A DNA stretch of 61,103 bases, taken from positions 1-61,103 of IMG/VR virus record IMGVR_UViG_3300030090_003848; one strand, written 5' to 3'. The notes under the pieces are model-generated. The model worked only from the letters and a program-made list of their open reading frames with translations. It had not been told where the DNA came from and ran no database searches. This DNA is from a virus. Taxonomy: Duplodnaviria > Caudoviricetes. Made by a program: the position numbers and the translations under genes. Shown piece after piece: positions 26,576-34,982 of this stretch (position 1 is its first letter; each line of letters starts with the position of its first letter).

Positions 26576-28603
26576 TTACGACCCGATTGCTTTTTCTCCT
26601 TCTTGTTCCATCATTGCTGATTTCCTTCTCCGCTCAAAAAAAGCAGCCATTTCTCGTTTTTTGCGTTCTTCTTGCAAGACATCAGCTTGTGACTTTAGTC
26701 GAGGCTCTGTGCTCATGGCGGCGGCGGATCGAAGCGCACCCGCTTCTCGTCGGTAGCCCATTCCTTCAAGCTCTCGCGCTCTACGACGGGCGGCTCCGGC
26801 TCTGGTTCCCAGTTGACGGGGGGCGTCTTTTAAAGACCCTACAGAACCACTCAGGGCCGTGTTGGTTCCGAAAGGTCGGGACTGCATCTCTGCAAGTGCA
26901 TCGAGGCCCGGTGTAGCTATGTATTCACTAGCTTCAGGAGACCGAAGATAGTCTATGCGGTCTTGCTCTTTACGCTTTGCAGCGTCTTGCAACATCTGCC
27001 TCCCGATACGATTGAACTGGGCAGGGGTAGTGAGACCTTGGTCAACCATAGACTCCCTGATTGACCGCATAACATCATTCCGCTCATCAACAGTGATTGA
27101 GTCATTCCCAATCGCCTGCCGCATCATGTTCGCGTAATCCATTGTAGTTGGCGGATCGTCTTCAAGATAAGACGGGTCCAACATAACGGGAGACGTTTCG
27201 CCGTATATGGCGTCTCGCGCAATCGACTTGCCGTAATCAGCAGCCCCTGTGTCAGGGGTTTCGGGCATCATCTTGTTTGGGCCACCCGCAAGGAATCCTT
27301 GCTCTCGGTCAAAGAATAACGAGCGTTCTTCTTTTGAAAGAGCTTCGTCGTTGTCGGTGTCAAACATTTTGACTAAGTCCCCCGACTTAGCGGCCTTGAG
27401 AAAGGCTTTCCGATCTTCTTGGTCAAAGAAAACTTTGTTTTTGTCTTCAGCAATTTGCGCTTGCTGGGCAGCCCGTTGCTCTACAAAAGGAGAATACTTG
27501 TCTTGGAGACCCGTAACGAGGACTCCTTTTTCAACTTCTGAAAATTCAGGGTCGTCTGCCCGCCCTAAAAAATAACGGTCGTCTGAGCCAACAGGTTTGT
27601 ATTCAAGCCCCTTCAGGTATTTGTCTCTACCTTCCTTGCCCCTAGCTTGAGCAATACGCAATACCGTTGGCGCGCTAAACCCGAAATCAGTTTTTGTTTT
27701 AGGGTAAACAGCAGGGGTTCGGGTAACCCGCTCAAGGTCTTCTTTTGTCCCCATCAAACCTTTAGTGGCGGCATACACAGCTCCGCTCGCAGCAGTGGGG
27801 TCAAGGAAAGCAGTTCGGGGGTCGCCTATATACTCGTTACCCCCTGTGATAGCTCTTATGTCTTCTTCAAGAATATCCCTTTGGCCTTTCTGAACCAAGA
27901 TCCGGTCTCCTAATTCTACCGCAACTTCTTGTCCTTGGGCATTAACCTTCGTTAAGCCTGCGTCAACGTCTGCTTGAGTCGCGTCACGATAAGTAGAATC
28001 GGCGGGCCTGAAAAATTGTTCCCCACCAAAATCAACAAATCGTCCTGTGGTCCCCACGGCAGCTTGGCCTGCTGATACAACCCCACCCAGCTTGGTTGCA
28101 GCCCCCAAAGCTCGCCGCAATAAACCTCGGGGTTTCTTGGTCTTTTCTTTCTTGGGCTTTTCTTCCTTCGGCTTTTCTTCCTTCGGCTTTTCTTCCTTCG
28201 GCTTTTCTTCTTTGCGTGTTTCCTTCTTAGCTTCGGCGTCGGCTTGGGATTTTTTTAAGGCGTCACGCCTTTCGCGTCCGATATCTTCAGGGGTCTTAAC
28301 AGGTGCTTTTGCAGTAGTAGGCTGCCCCATAACTCGGGGCTGCGCGGAAGAAGTAGCTCGCGGCAATGGGCGAGGACGACCAAGAGAACCAGCAGCTCCA
28401 GCGGGAGACGGAGCCGACACAGGCCGAGGGGCAGGAGCAGGCGTGGCAGGGCGGGGGCTAGACGGGCTGCCTACAGGAAATGGGCTACCTCCACCAGCAG
28501 GGGGAGCGGAGCGGGGAAGCCCAGCTTGGATTCTAGCGGCTTCACGCATCATAGCCGCTCTTTGTGCGGCCTTGATGGCTGCTCTTCTTTCTGCGTCAGT
28601 CAT
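26576..28603 (-). CDS. Probable internal virion protein with Pro-rich and KPKEE-repeat N-terminus
   Basis: 675 aa, low complexity; 15-bp tandem repeats near 28150-28210; synteny. Confidence 0.6.
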   Translation of the reverse strand: MTDAERRAAIKAAQRAAMMREAARIQAGLPRSAPPAGGGSPFPVGSPSSPRPATPAPAPRPVSAPSPAGAAGSLGRPRPLPRATSSAQPRVMGQPTTAKAPVKTPEDIGRERRDALKKSQADAEAKKETRKEEKPKEEKPKEEKPKEEKPKKEKTKKPRGLLRRALGAATKLGGVVSAGQAAVGTTGRFVDFGGEQFFRPADSTYRDATQADVDAGLTKVNAQGQEVAVELGDRILVQKGQRDILEEDIRAITGGNEYIGDPRTAFLDPTAASGAVYAATKGLMGTKEDLERVTRTPAVYPKTKTDFGFSAPTVLRIAQARGKEGRDKYLKGLEYKPVGSDDRYFLGRADDPEFSEVEKGVLVTGLQDKYSPFVEQRAAQQAQIAEDKNKVFFDQEDRKAFLKAAKSGDLVKMFDTDNDEALSKEERSLFFDREQGFLAGGPNKMMPETPDTGAADYGKSIARDAIYGETSPVMLDPSYLEDDPPTTMDYANMMRQAIGNDSITVDERNDVMRSIRESMVDQGLTTPAQFNRIGRQMLQDAAKRKEQDRIDYLRSPEASEYIATPGLDALAEMQSRPFGTNTALSGSVGSLKDAPRQLGTRAGAARRRARELEGMGYRREAGALRSAAAMSTEPRLKSQADVLQEERKKREMAAFFERRRKSAMMEQEGEKAIGS

Positions 28604-28608
28604 GCCTC

Positions 28609-29247
28609 TTATTCTTTTTTATTTTTAGGGACTTTAGATCGGCGGCGGCTACCTACTGGTCTGCGGTTCCCAAACCCTTTGTCAGAACTAACTACCCCGC
28701 CTCGCCCATAAGTTTGCAGCCCTGTTCCGGCTGCACCAGTGCCAAGCCCTTGAGCTGAGTCAAGGCCTTGAGCAGAGTCAAGTCCGCCAGTTTCGAGTCC
28801 CGTGTCTTCAAGTGGTTTTGTTTTGTCCGCTGCGGTTTTTAACGCATCATTACGCGCTTGTTCAGTAGGGTCTTTAAAAACCATTGGGACATCATACTCA
28901 TCTTGCCCTTCCTTTAGTGAGGTTAAAGTCTTGTCATCCATGACTAACCCCGCGTCTACAAAAGCCTTATCAAATTGCTCGGAAGAAAGTCCTACTCCCT
29001 CACGCTCACGGCTTTGGAGATCGCGATACTCTCCAAAAGAAAGGTCACCTTCTTTGGCCTTACCCATTACAAGGTCAAATAGTTTCCGACGTTCTTTTGT
29101 CCGCTGTTTTTTAGGGTCTAAAGGAATTGAAACTTCTGGCCCTGACGGTGCGGAAGGGGTGTTATATCCCGCGAGAGACTGAACACTACTTGTAAAAACA
29201 GAAAGCGGGCTTCCTTTTGGGGGTTGAAAAAACCTAAAACTAGACAT
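28609..29247 (-). CDS. Probable internal virion protein
   Basis: 212 aa, Gly-rich then basic C-terminus (GLDSAQ x2); synteny. Confidence 0.55.
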   Translation of the reverse strand: MSSFRFFQPPKGSPLSVFTSSVQSLAGYNTPSAPSGPEVSIPLDPKKQRTKERRKLFDLVMGKAKEGDLSFGEYRDLQSREREGVGLSSEQFDKAFVDAGLVMDDKTLTSLKEGQDEYDVPMVFKDPTEQARNDALKTAADKTKPLEDTGLETGGLDSAQGLDSAQGLGTGAAGTGLQTYGRGGVVSSDKGFGNRRPVGSRRRSKVPKNKKE

Positions 29248-29271
29248 CCCAAACGACTAAAATGCGCGTTA

Positions 29272-29300
29272 AGAATATGAGTTAAGGGCTGAACTGTCAA
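29272..29300 (-). promoter_or_regulatory. Sigma70-like promoter TTGACA-N17-TATTCT
   Basis: -35 overlaps the TerL stop; would drive the internal-protein operon. Confidence 0.65.
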
Positions 29301-31084
29301 TCCAGCAAAACCGCATTTTGGTTCTGTAACGCCCGACCTAACTGTTTAATAGTCCGTCTTTTAGGTGGGCTGTTGTTTGTGCCTTTTTCAGGGGGATCAA
29401 CGGCAACAAGCCCTAACCTTTGGCGGGCGCAATCTAGCGCCAGAAATGCCGCATCAGCAAGGTCGGGGCTGCGTCCGAAGCGGGCTTTGAACTCAGGTTT
29501 AGATTCAATTTTTACCCGCAAAGTCCCACTCTTTACCATGTCATAATTACGGCTGGTAATCTCTTGGGCTAAGTCTGAGCTAACCCCAAAGACTTGACGA
29601 GTCCTCATTAGTTCTTTCCCCACAAACCAAAGCTCAGAGACTCTGTTTACATATAGCTCTGTCCCTACAGAGCGGCTGTTGGCGCTGACTCGTTTGTCGC
29701 TAGCTTTCCCCCCAAAACCTACCCGAAGGAACCCGCTTTCCCACTCGCCAGACAACACATCGCAAAAAGGTGCCCCCGCCCCAGTAGCATCAACAGCTAC
29801 GTTTTCGACAGATATATTATGTTTAACACAATAATTTTTAATCTGCCTAACAATTTGATACGTTCTTGGGACCGCTTTATTTGTAGCGTCGTCGTTCAAA
29901 TGAACAGCATCTCCAAACTCAATGACATACTGCCCTGATTTGTCATACCCTACCGAAGCTGTGTAAAGGATTGTCCGGTCGCCTCCGTTAGTAAAAGCGG
30001 GGTCGATTCCCGCTACACGGACGGGGGTTCCTTCCCACTCGACCTTGTTCATGGCTTTTGACATGGATAGCTCGTTCTCCCCATAAATTCCTGTTGTCTC
30101 GTCCGAGTCGAAAAATATAGCGCGAACCATCCGCATGTATCCACGGGACTCAGGTCCAAGCAGCCCCTTATCTTCGTCAATCTTTTCCTGAGTAGGGAGC
30201 CAAGGGTAGAGAACTTCTCCAGCGATTATGTTGGGGGAGCGTTCCCCATCCAACCGAATGTAATCACCTCCCCATTTAGTGGGCCACCCATCCTCTAGGC
30301 TAGTGTCAACCGAGTCCCACCCGTTGATCGGCTCTGACCATATGCCGAAAGCATCGAATCGACTGTTAGGGTTAGACATGCCGATCAGTTGGAATTCAGG
30401 GTTCTTGGACAAGTTGGATAGCCCCGCCTGAAGAATGGCCTCGGATAACTCAGAAAGCTCGTCCCCGATCAGGATCACTCGTTTCTGCTTTATACCGATA
30501 AACTTGCCAACGGCCTCCCTCGTCTTGCTCTTTTCCGCCGCGATCAACGAAATGCCCGCTCGCTCAATGAGCGTCCCTTTCTCATCAATGTAAGCGGCAT
30601 TACCAATCGAATCCCGAATCTTAATCGGGGCACCATCAATCACAGACAGCAAAGACATGACTGAACCCCAGATCCTCTTGCGAGCCTCACGCAGTGTGGT
30701 CGAAGTCATCAATACAAGTGTGTCCTTGGGTTTGGACAACCAGTTGATAATGCCCCACGCAGCCATCGTGTGCGACTTGCCAGAAGACGCAGAACCGCCG
30801 ATAGCCAAATATTTGTTGTTGAGTGCCGCCCAAATCATTTGTTCGGCCCACGGGTGTTTCACCATTAACTTTTCAGGAAGATCGTCGTGATTCCACAGCT
30901 CGTCGCATATGCGCCAAAAATAATATTCTTTCGCCCGCAAGTGTTCGTGGTTTGCAAAGCCATACAACAAAGCGGTGATAAGACTGGTCGGCGGAATGAA
31001 CAACCCCCCTACATCCATGCGTTTTGTTTTGCTGTCGATTCTCGGTTCGAGTATCTGCTTGATGGAAGGATTGCTTACCGCCAT
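29297..31084 (-). CDS. terL: Terminase large subunit
   Basis: Walker A GGSASSGKS, Walker B VILIGDE, SNP coupling motif, nuclease GIDPA, VDATG, SPDLADA. Confidence 0.92.
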   Translation of the reverse strand: MAVSNPSIKQILEPRIDSKTKRMDVGGLFIPPTSLITALLYGFANHEHLRAKEYYFWRICDELWNHDDLPEKLMVKHPWAEQMIWAALNNKYLAIGGSASSGKSHTMAAWGIINWLSKPKDTLVLMTSTTLREARKRIWGSVMSLLSVIDGAPIKIRDSIGNAAYIDEKGTLIERAGISLIAAEKSKTREAVGKFIGIKQKRVILIGDELSELSEAILQAGLSNLSKNPEFQLIGMSNPNSRFDAFGIWSEPINGWDSVDTSLEDGWPTKWGGDYIRLDGERSPNIIAGEVLYPWLPTQEKIDEDKGLLGPESRGYMRMVRAIFFDSDETTGIYGENELSMSKAMNKVEWEGTPVRVAGIDPAFTNGGDRTILYTASVGYDKSGQYVIEFGDAVHLNDDATNKAVPRTYQIVRQIKNYCVKHNISVENVAVDATGAGAPFCDVLSGEWESGFLRVGFGGKASDKRVSANSRSVGTELYVNRVSELWFVGKELMRTRQVFGVSSDLAQEITSRNYDMVKSGTLRVKIESKPEFKARFGRSPDLADAAFLALDCARQRLGLVAVDPPEKGTNNSPPKRRTIKQLGRALQNQNAVLLD

Positions 31085-31096
31085 AATCAAATACAC

Positions 31097-31125
31097 AGAT
31101 TACGTCTTAACAAAGTGCCTGACAA
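31097..31125 (-). promoter_or_regulatory. Sigma70-like promoter TTGTCA-N17-TAATCT for terL
   Basis: 12 nt upstream of ATG 31084; overlaps the start of the divergent gene. Confidence 0.5.
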
Positions 31126-31687
31126 ACCTAAAGACAGCCTCCAACAACGAGCTTTGACGATGTATAAAGCGGACTGGAAAACAGTTTCCATCGCTAAAGA
31201 GCTAGGGGTTCACCCCGGCACAGTGCGTCGGTGGTTCAAAAAGATGGGGATTCCAGCAAAAAAGAACGGACTACAGCCGCATGTAGACATTCCCGAAGAA
31301 AAACCCGCTGACGACCTAGCCGATGCAATCGACCAGCAACTAGAGTCTACTACCGACGAAGCAATTCGTCGCGCAAGCCACGACGCTCGGCAAGAGGAAG
31401 ATGAGGCAATTCTTGAAATCGCTGAAAGGCAATCGAGTCCCGCTGATAAATACCAGCACTACGCGGCGGCAACGGGGATAAAGCTCATGCGGGACAGCGT
31501 GAAGAACTTGCGCCCCGCCAAGACAGTCCGCGAGTTGTCAGAGCTTGACCAGTTTATCCGCAGAAACCTCGGCTTGAACGCCAAATCAGGGGGTAGCGGA
31601 AAAATGCAAATCGACATTTCTATCCTCAACAACACGAAAGCAGATCGAGGTGACGGGGCGGTTAAACCGATTATTGACTTAGACTGA
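31115..31687 (+). CDS. HTH DNA-binding protein (terminase small subunit or regulator candidate)
   Basis: KTVSIAKELGVHPGTVRRWFKK helix-turn-helix; probable GTG start 31115, divergent from terL. Confidence 0.7.
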   Translation: MPDKPKDSLQQRALTMYKADWKTVSIAKELGVHPGTVRRWFKKMGIPAKKNGLQPHVDIPEEKPADDLADAIDQQLESTTDEAIRRASHDARQEEDEAILEIAERQSSPADKYQHYAAATGIKLMRDSVKNLRPAKTVRELSELDQFIRRNLGLNAKSGGSGKMQIDISILNNTKADRGDGAVKPIIDLD

Positions 31688-32052
31688 TGATTTACGATTT
31701 TGACTCTGGGGCACCTGAGTTTAGTGGGGCGCACTATGTGCCGTCTGACGACCCATACTTTTACCGACAAGTTGATCCGACTTGTTACGAAGGGTTTTCG
31801 GAATCTCCTGAAGGCGGAAAGAAAAACGGGGTGATGCTGTTCAGTGAACTAAAAGACGCTTACATTGGTGTTGTTGAGCACCCCCGTAACCCTCCGGTTG
31901 CTTGCTACTCAATAGCAGGGACTAAGATTATTCTCAAAGAGAAGCACGGGCTAAATGAAAAAGAAATTGAACTGGCGCTTGACCAACTGAAGTCGTGCGA
32001 CCTCGGGCCAAATACTCCCTGCTTTCTTGACTCGGATACTTTAGGGGAATGA
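31687..32052 (+). CDS. Conserved phage hypothetical protein
   Basis: LKDAYIG..ACYS..GLNEKE..GPNTPCF pattern; resembles 59522-59776. Confidence 0.7.
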   Translation: MIYDFDSGAPEFSGAHYVPSDDPYFYRQVDPTCYEGFSESPEGGKKNGVMLFSELKDAYIGVVEHPRNPPVACYSIAGTKIILKEKHGLNEKEIELALDQLKSCDLGPNTPCFLDSDTLGE

Positions 32053-32300
32053 AAAAATTGTTCCAACAAAAGTCGGTCGAGACAAACCCCACAGTCTTGA
32101 TAAGAAAAGAGAACCCATTGAAAAATGATTTCTTTTTTATCCACAAGAAATTAGTGGGGACATTTTTCAGGGTAATACCTGCAACTGGAAAAGAAGTCTT
32201 CTTCATTCAGGGGCTAATAAAAAATGCAACCGTGTTTACTCCTGAATCAGGGAACGGATTGATAATCTCTCCTTCTTGTTTAAAAGGGATACAAGAATGA
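32049..32300 (+). CDS. Hypothetical protein
   Basis: ATGA overlaps on both sides. Confidence 0.65.
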   Translation: MKKLFQQKSVETNPTVLIRKENPLKNDFFFIHKKLVGTFFRVIPATGKEVFFIQGLIKNATVFTPESGNGLIISPSCLKGIQE

Positions 32301-32788
32301 TCGTCGGCATCGACAATGGGCTAGACGGAGGGCTTTGTGCTATCTCTAAATTTGACGGAGGCATCATCGATAAAATTGCTATGCCGACAATGCAGCGCAG
32401 CAAAAAAAGAGAAGTTGACGCGGCAAAAATAAACAAGTGGTTGGTAGATCTCAACACGCCGTTCACGCTGGCAGTAGAGGAACCGCTAGCCCACGCGAAG
32501 AGTTCGCAGGCAGTCCGTTCAATGGCGTTGAGCTTTGGAAAGATTGTCGGGATGGCCGAAATCAAAGGCTACGACTTAATGCGCGTCTCTGTCCATAAGT
32601 GGCAAAAACAAATACTAGGTAACATCCCAAAGGGAATGTCTAAAAAAGCGGCCCTTGCTACAGCCGAGCGGCTTGCTCCAGAAGAAAACTGGTTAAAAAA
32701 CAAACGATGCCGAACTCCTCACGACGGAATGATTGATGCGTTTTTAATTGCTCAATATATTTTGACAGGGCGACAAAAGCAGATATAG
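32297..32788 (+). CDS. RuvC-like Holliday junction resolvase
   Basis: IVGIDNGLDGG, AVEE, W.K, HDGMIDAFLIA. Confidence 0.85.
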   Translation: MIVGIDNGLDGGLCAISKFDGGIIDKIAMPTMQRSKKREVDAAKINKWLVDLNTPFTLAVEEPLAHAKSSQAVRSMALSFGKIVGMAEIKGYDLMRVSVHKWQKQILGNIPKGMSKKAALATAERLAPEENWLKNKRCRTPHDGMIDAFLIAQYILTGRQKQI

Positions 32789-32789
32789 T
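32762..32789 (+). promoter_or_regulatory. Sigma70-like promoter TTGACA-N16-TATAGT, leaderless
   Basis: ATG 32797 lies 7 nt after the -10 box. Confidence 0.7.
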
Positions 32790-32796
32790 CCGGCCC

Positions 32797-33915
32797 ATGC
32801 CAGATAGCCATTCTGATCGAGACCATGCCGAATTTTCGCCCTCTGCCCTGAAGTATATCGCGGGCTGTTCTGGGTTCCACGGGAGAAGTGGGACGAATGC
32901 CGCCGCAGAAAAAGGCACAAGGATACATGAGGCGTTAGAAGTTGAGAACACATCCAACCTTCAGAGCGAAGAAGAAATTTCTATCTATGAGCAAATCATG
33001 GAGGAAGAAAAGGCGTTCCTTGCTAACTACGCCCAGAGCGGAAGACTGCTGCAAGAGGACTTCAAAGAGATCCAGTTGACCGTTGAACTGGAGGGGACAG
33101 AAACTTGGGGGACATGCGACCGCCTTACTGTCTTCGACGACAACACGGCGGTTCAGGCTGATTACAAAACGGGGATCTCTATGATTGATCCACCGGAAAA
33201 AAACTGGCAGGCCCAAGCCTACACCGTCGGCAGCTTTCAGAAGTTCCCTGAGCTGAAAGAAATTACATTTGTGTTTTACGTCCCCGTTAGAAACGAGACG
33301 CTGTTTCACACGTTCACTCGGGATGATATTCCTGCGCTTGTCAGGAAGCTATCGGAGACAATTAAGAAAGCAGAGAAAGTCCGACCTAAATGGAACGGCG
33401 GCACACCGGAACTTTCCGATCTAACTCCCACCGTAAACTGTAGGTTCTGCCGCCACGAAGATGCCTGCCCTGCGCTAGGCGGGTTAGTCGTTTCGGTTGC
33501 AAAGAAAATCAACACTGAGCTACCCGACGTTGACCTCGACGAAACAGACGATCCAGAGGTCGTGGAACAGCTATGGGTCATCGCAAAGATGGTATCGAAC
33601 TGGGCTGACCGTTTGAAGAAGCGAGCCGTCAACATGGCTAAAAACGGAATCGAGTTTCCAACTTTACGTCTCCGCAACATGGGGGCTACAAAGAAGGTAG
33701 AGAACAATATGGGGCTGGTAGAACTTGCTGAACAGTTCGGGTTGGATAAGGACGAAGTGCTGGAGACGGCTAACCTCCCCCTTGCAAAGTTGGCAAAAGT
33801 GGTAGGGGACAAAGTGCCAAAGGAAGACCGGAAAAAAATTTCTCAAGAATTTGTTGACGCCTGCGTTGAGCAAGGTATTGTCACGGCCACTCAGGCGAGG
33901 CACACCCTCTCCTAA
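32797..33915 (+). CDS. Cas4-like / PD-(D/E)XK exonuclease (DUF2800-like)
   Basis: HAEFSPS..C, GTRIH, GTCD, DYKTG, Q..AY, CRFC..C. Confidence 0.88.
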   Translation: MPDSHSDRDHAEFSPSALKYIAGCSGFHGRSGTNAAAEKGTRIHEALEVENTSNLQSEEEISIYEQIMEEEKAFLANYAQSGRLLQEDFKEIQLTVELEGTETWGTCDRLTVFDDNTAVQADYKTGISMIDPPEKNWQAQAYTVGSFQKFPELKEITFVFYVPVRNETLFHTFTRDDIPALVRKLSETIKKAEKVRPKWNGGTPELSDLTPTVNCRFCRHEDACPALGGLVVSVAKKINTELPDVDLDETDDPEVVEQLWVIAKMVSNWADRLKKRAVNMAKNGIEFPTLRLRNMGATKKVENNMGLVELAEQFGLDKDEVLETANLPLAKLAKVVGDKVPKEDRKKISQEFVDACVEQGIVTATQARHTLS

Positions 33916-33941
33916 ACAGAGAAACAGAGAAACAGAGAAAC
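33914..33941 (+). repeat. (AAACAGAG)3.5 tandem repeat filling the leader of the SSB-like gene
   Basis: Directly visible between stop 33915 and ATG 33943. Confidence 0.9.
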
Positions 33942-33942
33942 T

Positions 33943-34608
33943 ATGGCAAGTATAACTAAGGCCGCACCGACGGAAATCATGTCTCCTGCGAGCATGAATA
34001 TCGAACCAACGGACATCGAGATTCCACGAATCAACATTGTCCAGAAGACATCGGACATCGACGCTCCTTTTGGGAGTATCGTGATCGACAAACAATTCGT
34101 GATCGCTGAACCGGAGACGGTTATTTTGGCGGTTCCGGTTTCAGTAACAAAGGGGTGGCGCGAGGACATCCCTTACGATGACGACGAGATTCCGCGTATC
34201 GCTAACTCTCAGGAGGAGCGGGATGAAATCGCAAAGACTTCGGAATACCCTATTCTGGAGTTTGCAGACATCACGTTGGCGATTGAGAAGCCCGAGAAAA
34301 CAAACGCGGCGGCGGCATTCCCGTTCCCAATCGGGGGTAAGTTTTATGCTCTTGGCCGCATTAACACGGCAAAGGATGCATACCGTCAGACGTTCAAGCG
34401 TCTGGCAACCTTCACAATGTTTAACCCTGATACTCCCCCCTTCACCAGATACTGGGACTTCGTGTCCACTCTTATCTCTAGGGGAAAGTATTCGTGGTAT
34501 GCACCATCTCTGTCGTTTACCGCTCCCGACGAGGACTCCGAGTCCGAGGCTACTGGGGTGGAGACCCCCGAGGATATTCAGAAATTCGCCGCTAACTTTG
34601 GAAGATAA
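33943..34608 (+). CDS. Probable single-stranded DNA-binding protein
   Basis: DIEIPRINIVQ motif, aromatic KYSWY, acidic C-terminal region; lies between exonuclease and PolA. Confidence 0.65.
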   Translation: MASITKAAPTEIMSPASMNIEPTDIEIPRINIVQKTSDIDAPFGSIVIDKQFVIAEPETVILAVPVSVTKGWREDIPYDDDEIPRIANSQEERDEIAKTSEYPILEFADITLAIEKPEKTNAAAAFPFPIGGKFYALGRINTAKDAYRQTFKRLATFTMFNPDTPPFTRYWDFVSTLISRGKYSWYAPSLSFTAPDEDSESEATGVETPEDIQKFAANFGR

Positions 34609-34844
34609 TGAGTATGCTCGACGAACAAGTAGTAGAGGAAGAGATTGCGATGCTCACCGGAATGCTCGCGGAGATTGATACCTCGATTCAAACTGCGAAG
34701 GAGAATAAAGATAAGCTCTCCACCATTCGTGCCGCGTTGATTAAGTCTATTGGCAAGGAGCTTCCGGTTGAAGACAAAGATCAACTGGACTTTAGCCTCG
34801 TCGTAGACGGGGAAGAAGTTGAGGCTATATCGGAGGGGGACTAA
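34608..34844 (+). CDS. Small acidic coiled-coil protein
   Basis: TAATG coupling; 78 aa. Confidence 0.7.
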   Translation: MSMLDEQVVEEEIAMLTGMLAEIDTSIQTAKENKDKLSTIRAALIKSIGKELPVEDKDQLDFSLVVDGEEVEAISEGD

Positions 34845-34855
34845 TAAGATCAGGC

Positions 34856-34976
34856 ATTGCGGCGGTGGGCTTTAACGATCCCTCTGGTTATTATTGTCGC
34901 CTTGGTGGTAACCGCATAAAAGCCACTACACTTAAAACCCCTCACTGGTTCGGTTCATTCCAGTGGGGGGTTTTCT
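34856..34976 (+). ncRNA. Structured leader upstream of PolA (pseudoknot candidate plus terminator-like hairpin 34934-34974)
   Basis: TGCGG/CCGCA, GGCGGTG/TGTCGCC and TGGTGG/CCACTA pairings; AAAACCCCTCACTGG/CCAGTGGGGGGTTTT hairpin. Confidence 0.45.
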
Positions 34977-34982
34977 TTAGCT

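Noticed and set aside
30887-31114. N-terminal extension of ORF 30887..31687
   Set aside because: Overlaps terL on the opposite strand; GTG 31115 is the plausible start.
32797-33915. Cas4 as evidence of a CRISPR-Cas system
   Set aside because: Standalone phage exonuclease in a replication operon; no cas1/cas2 or array.
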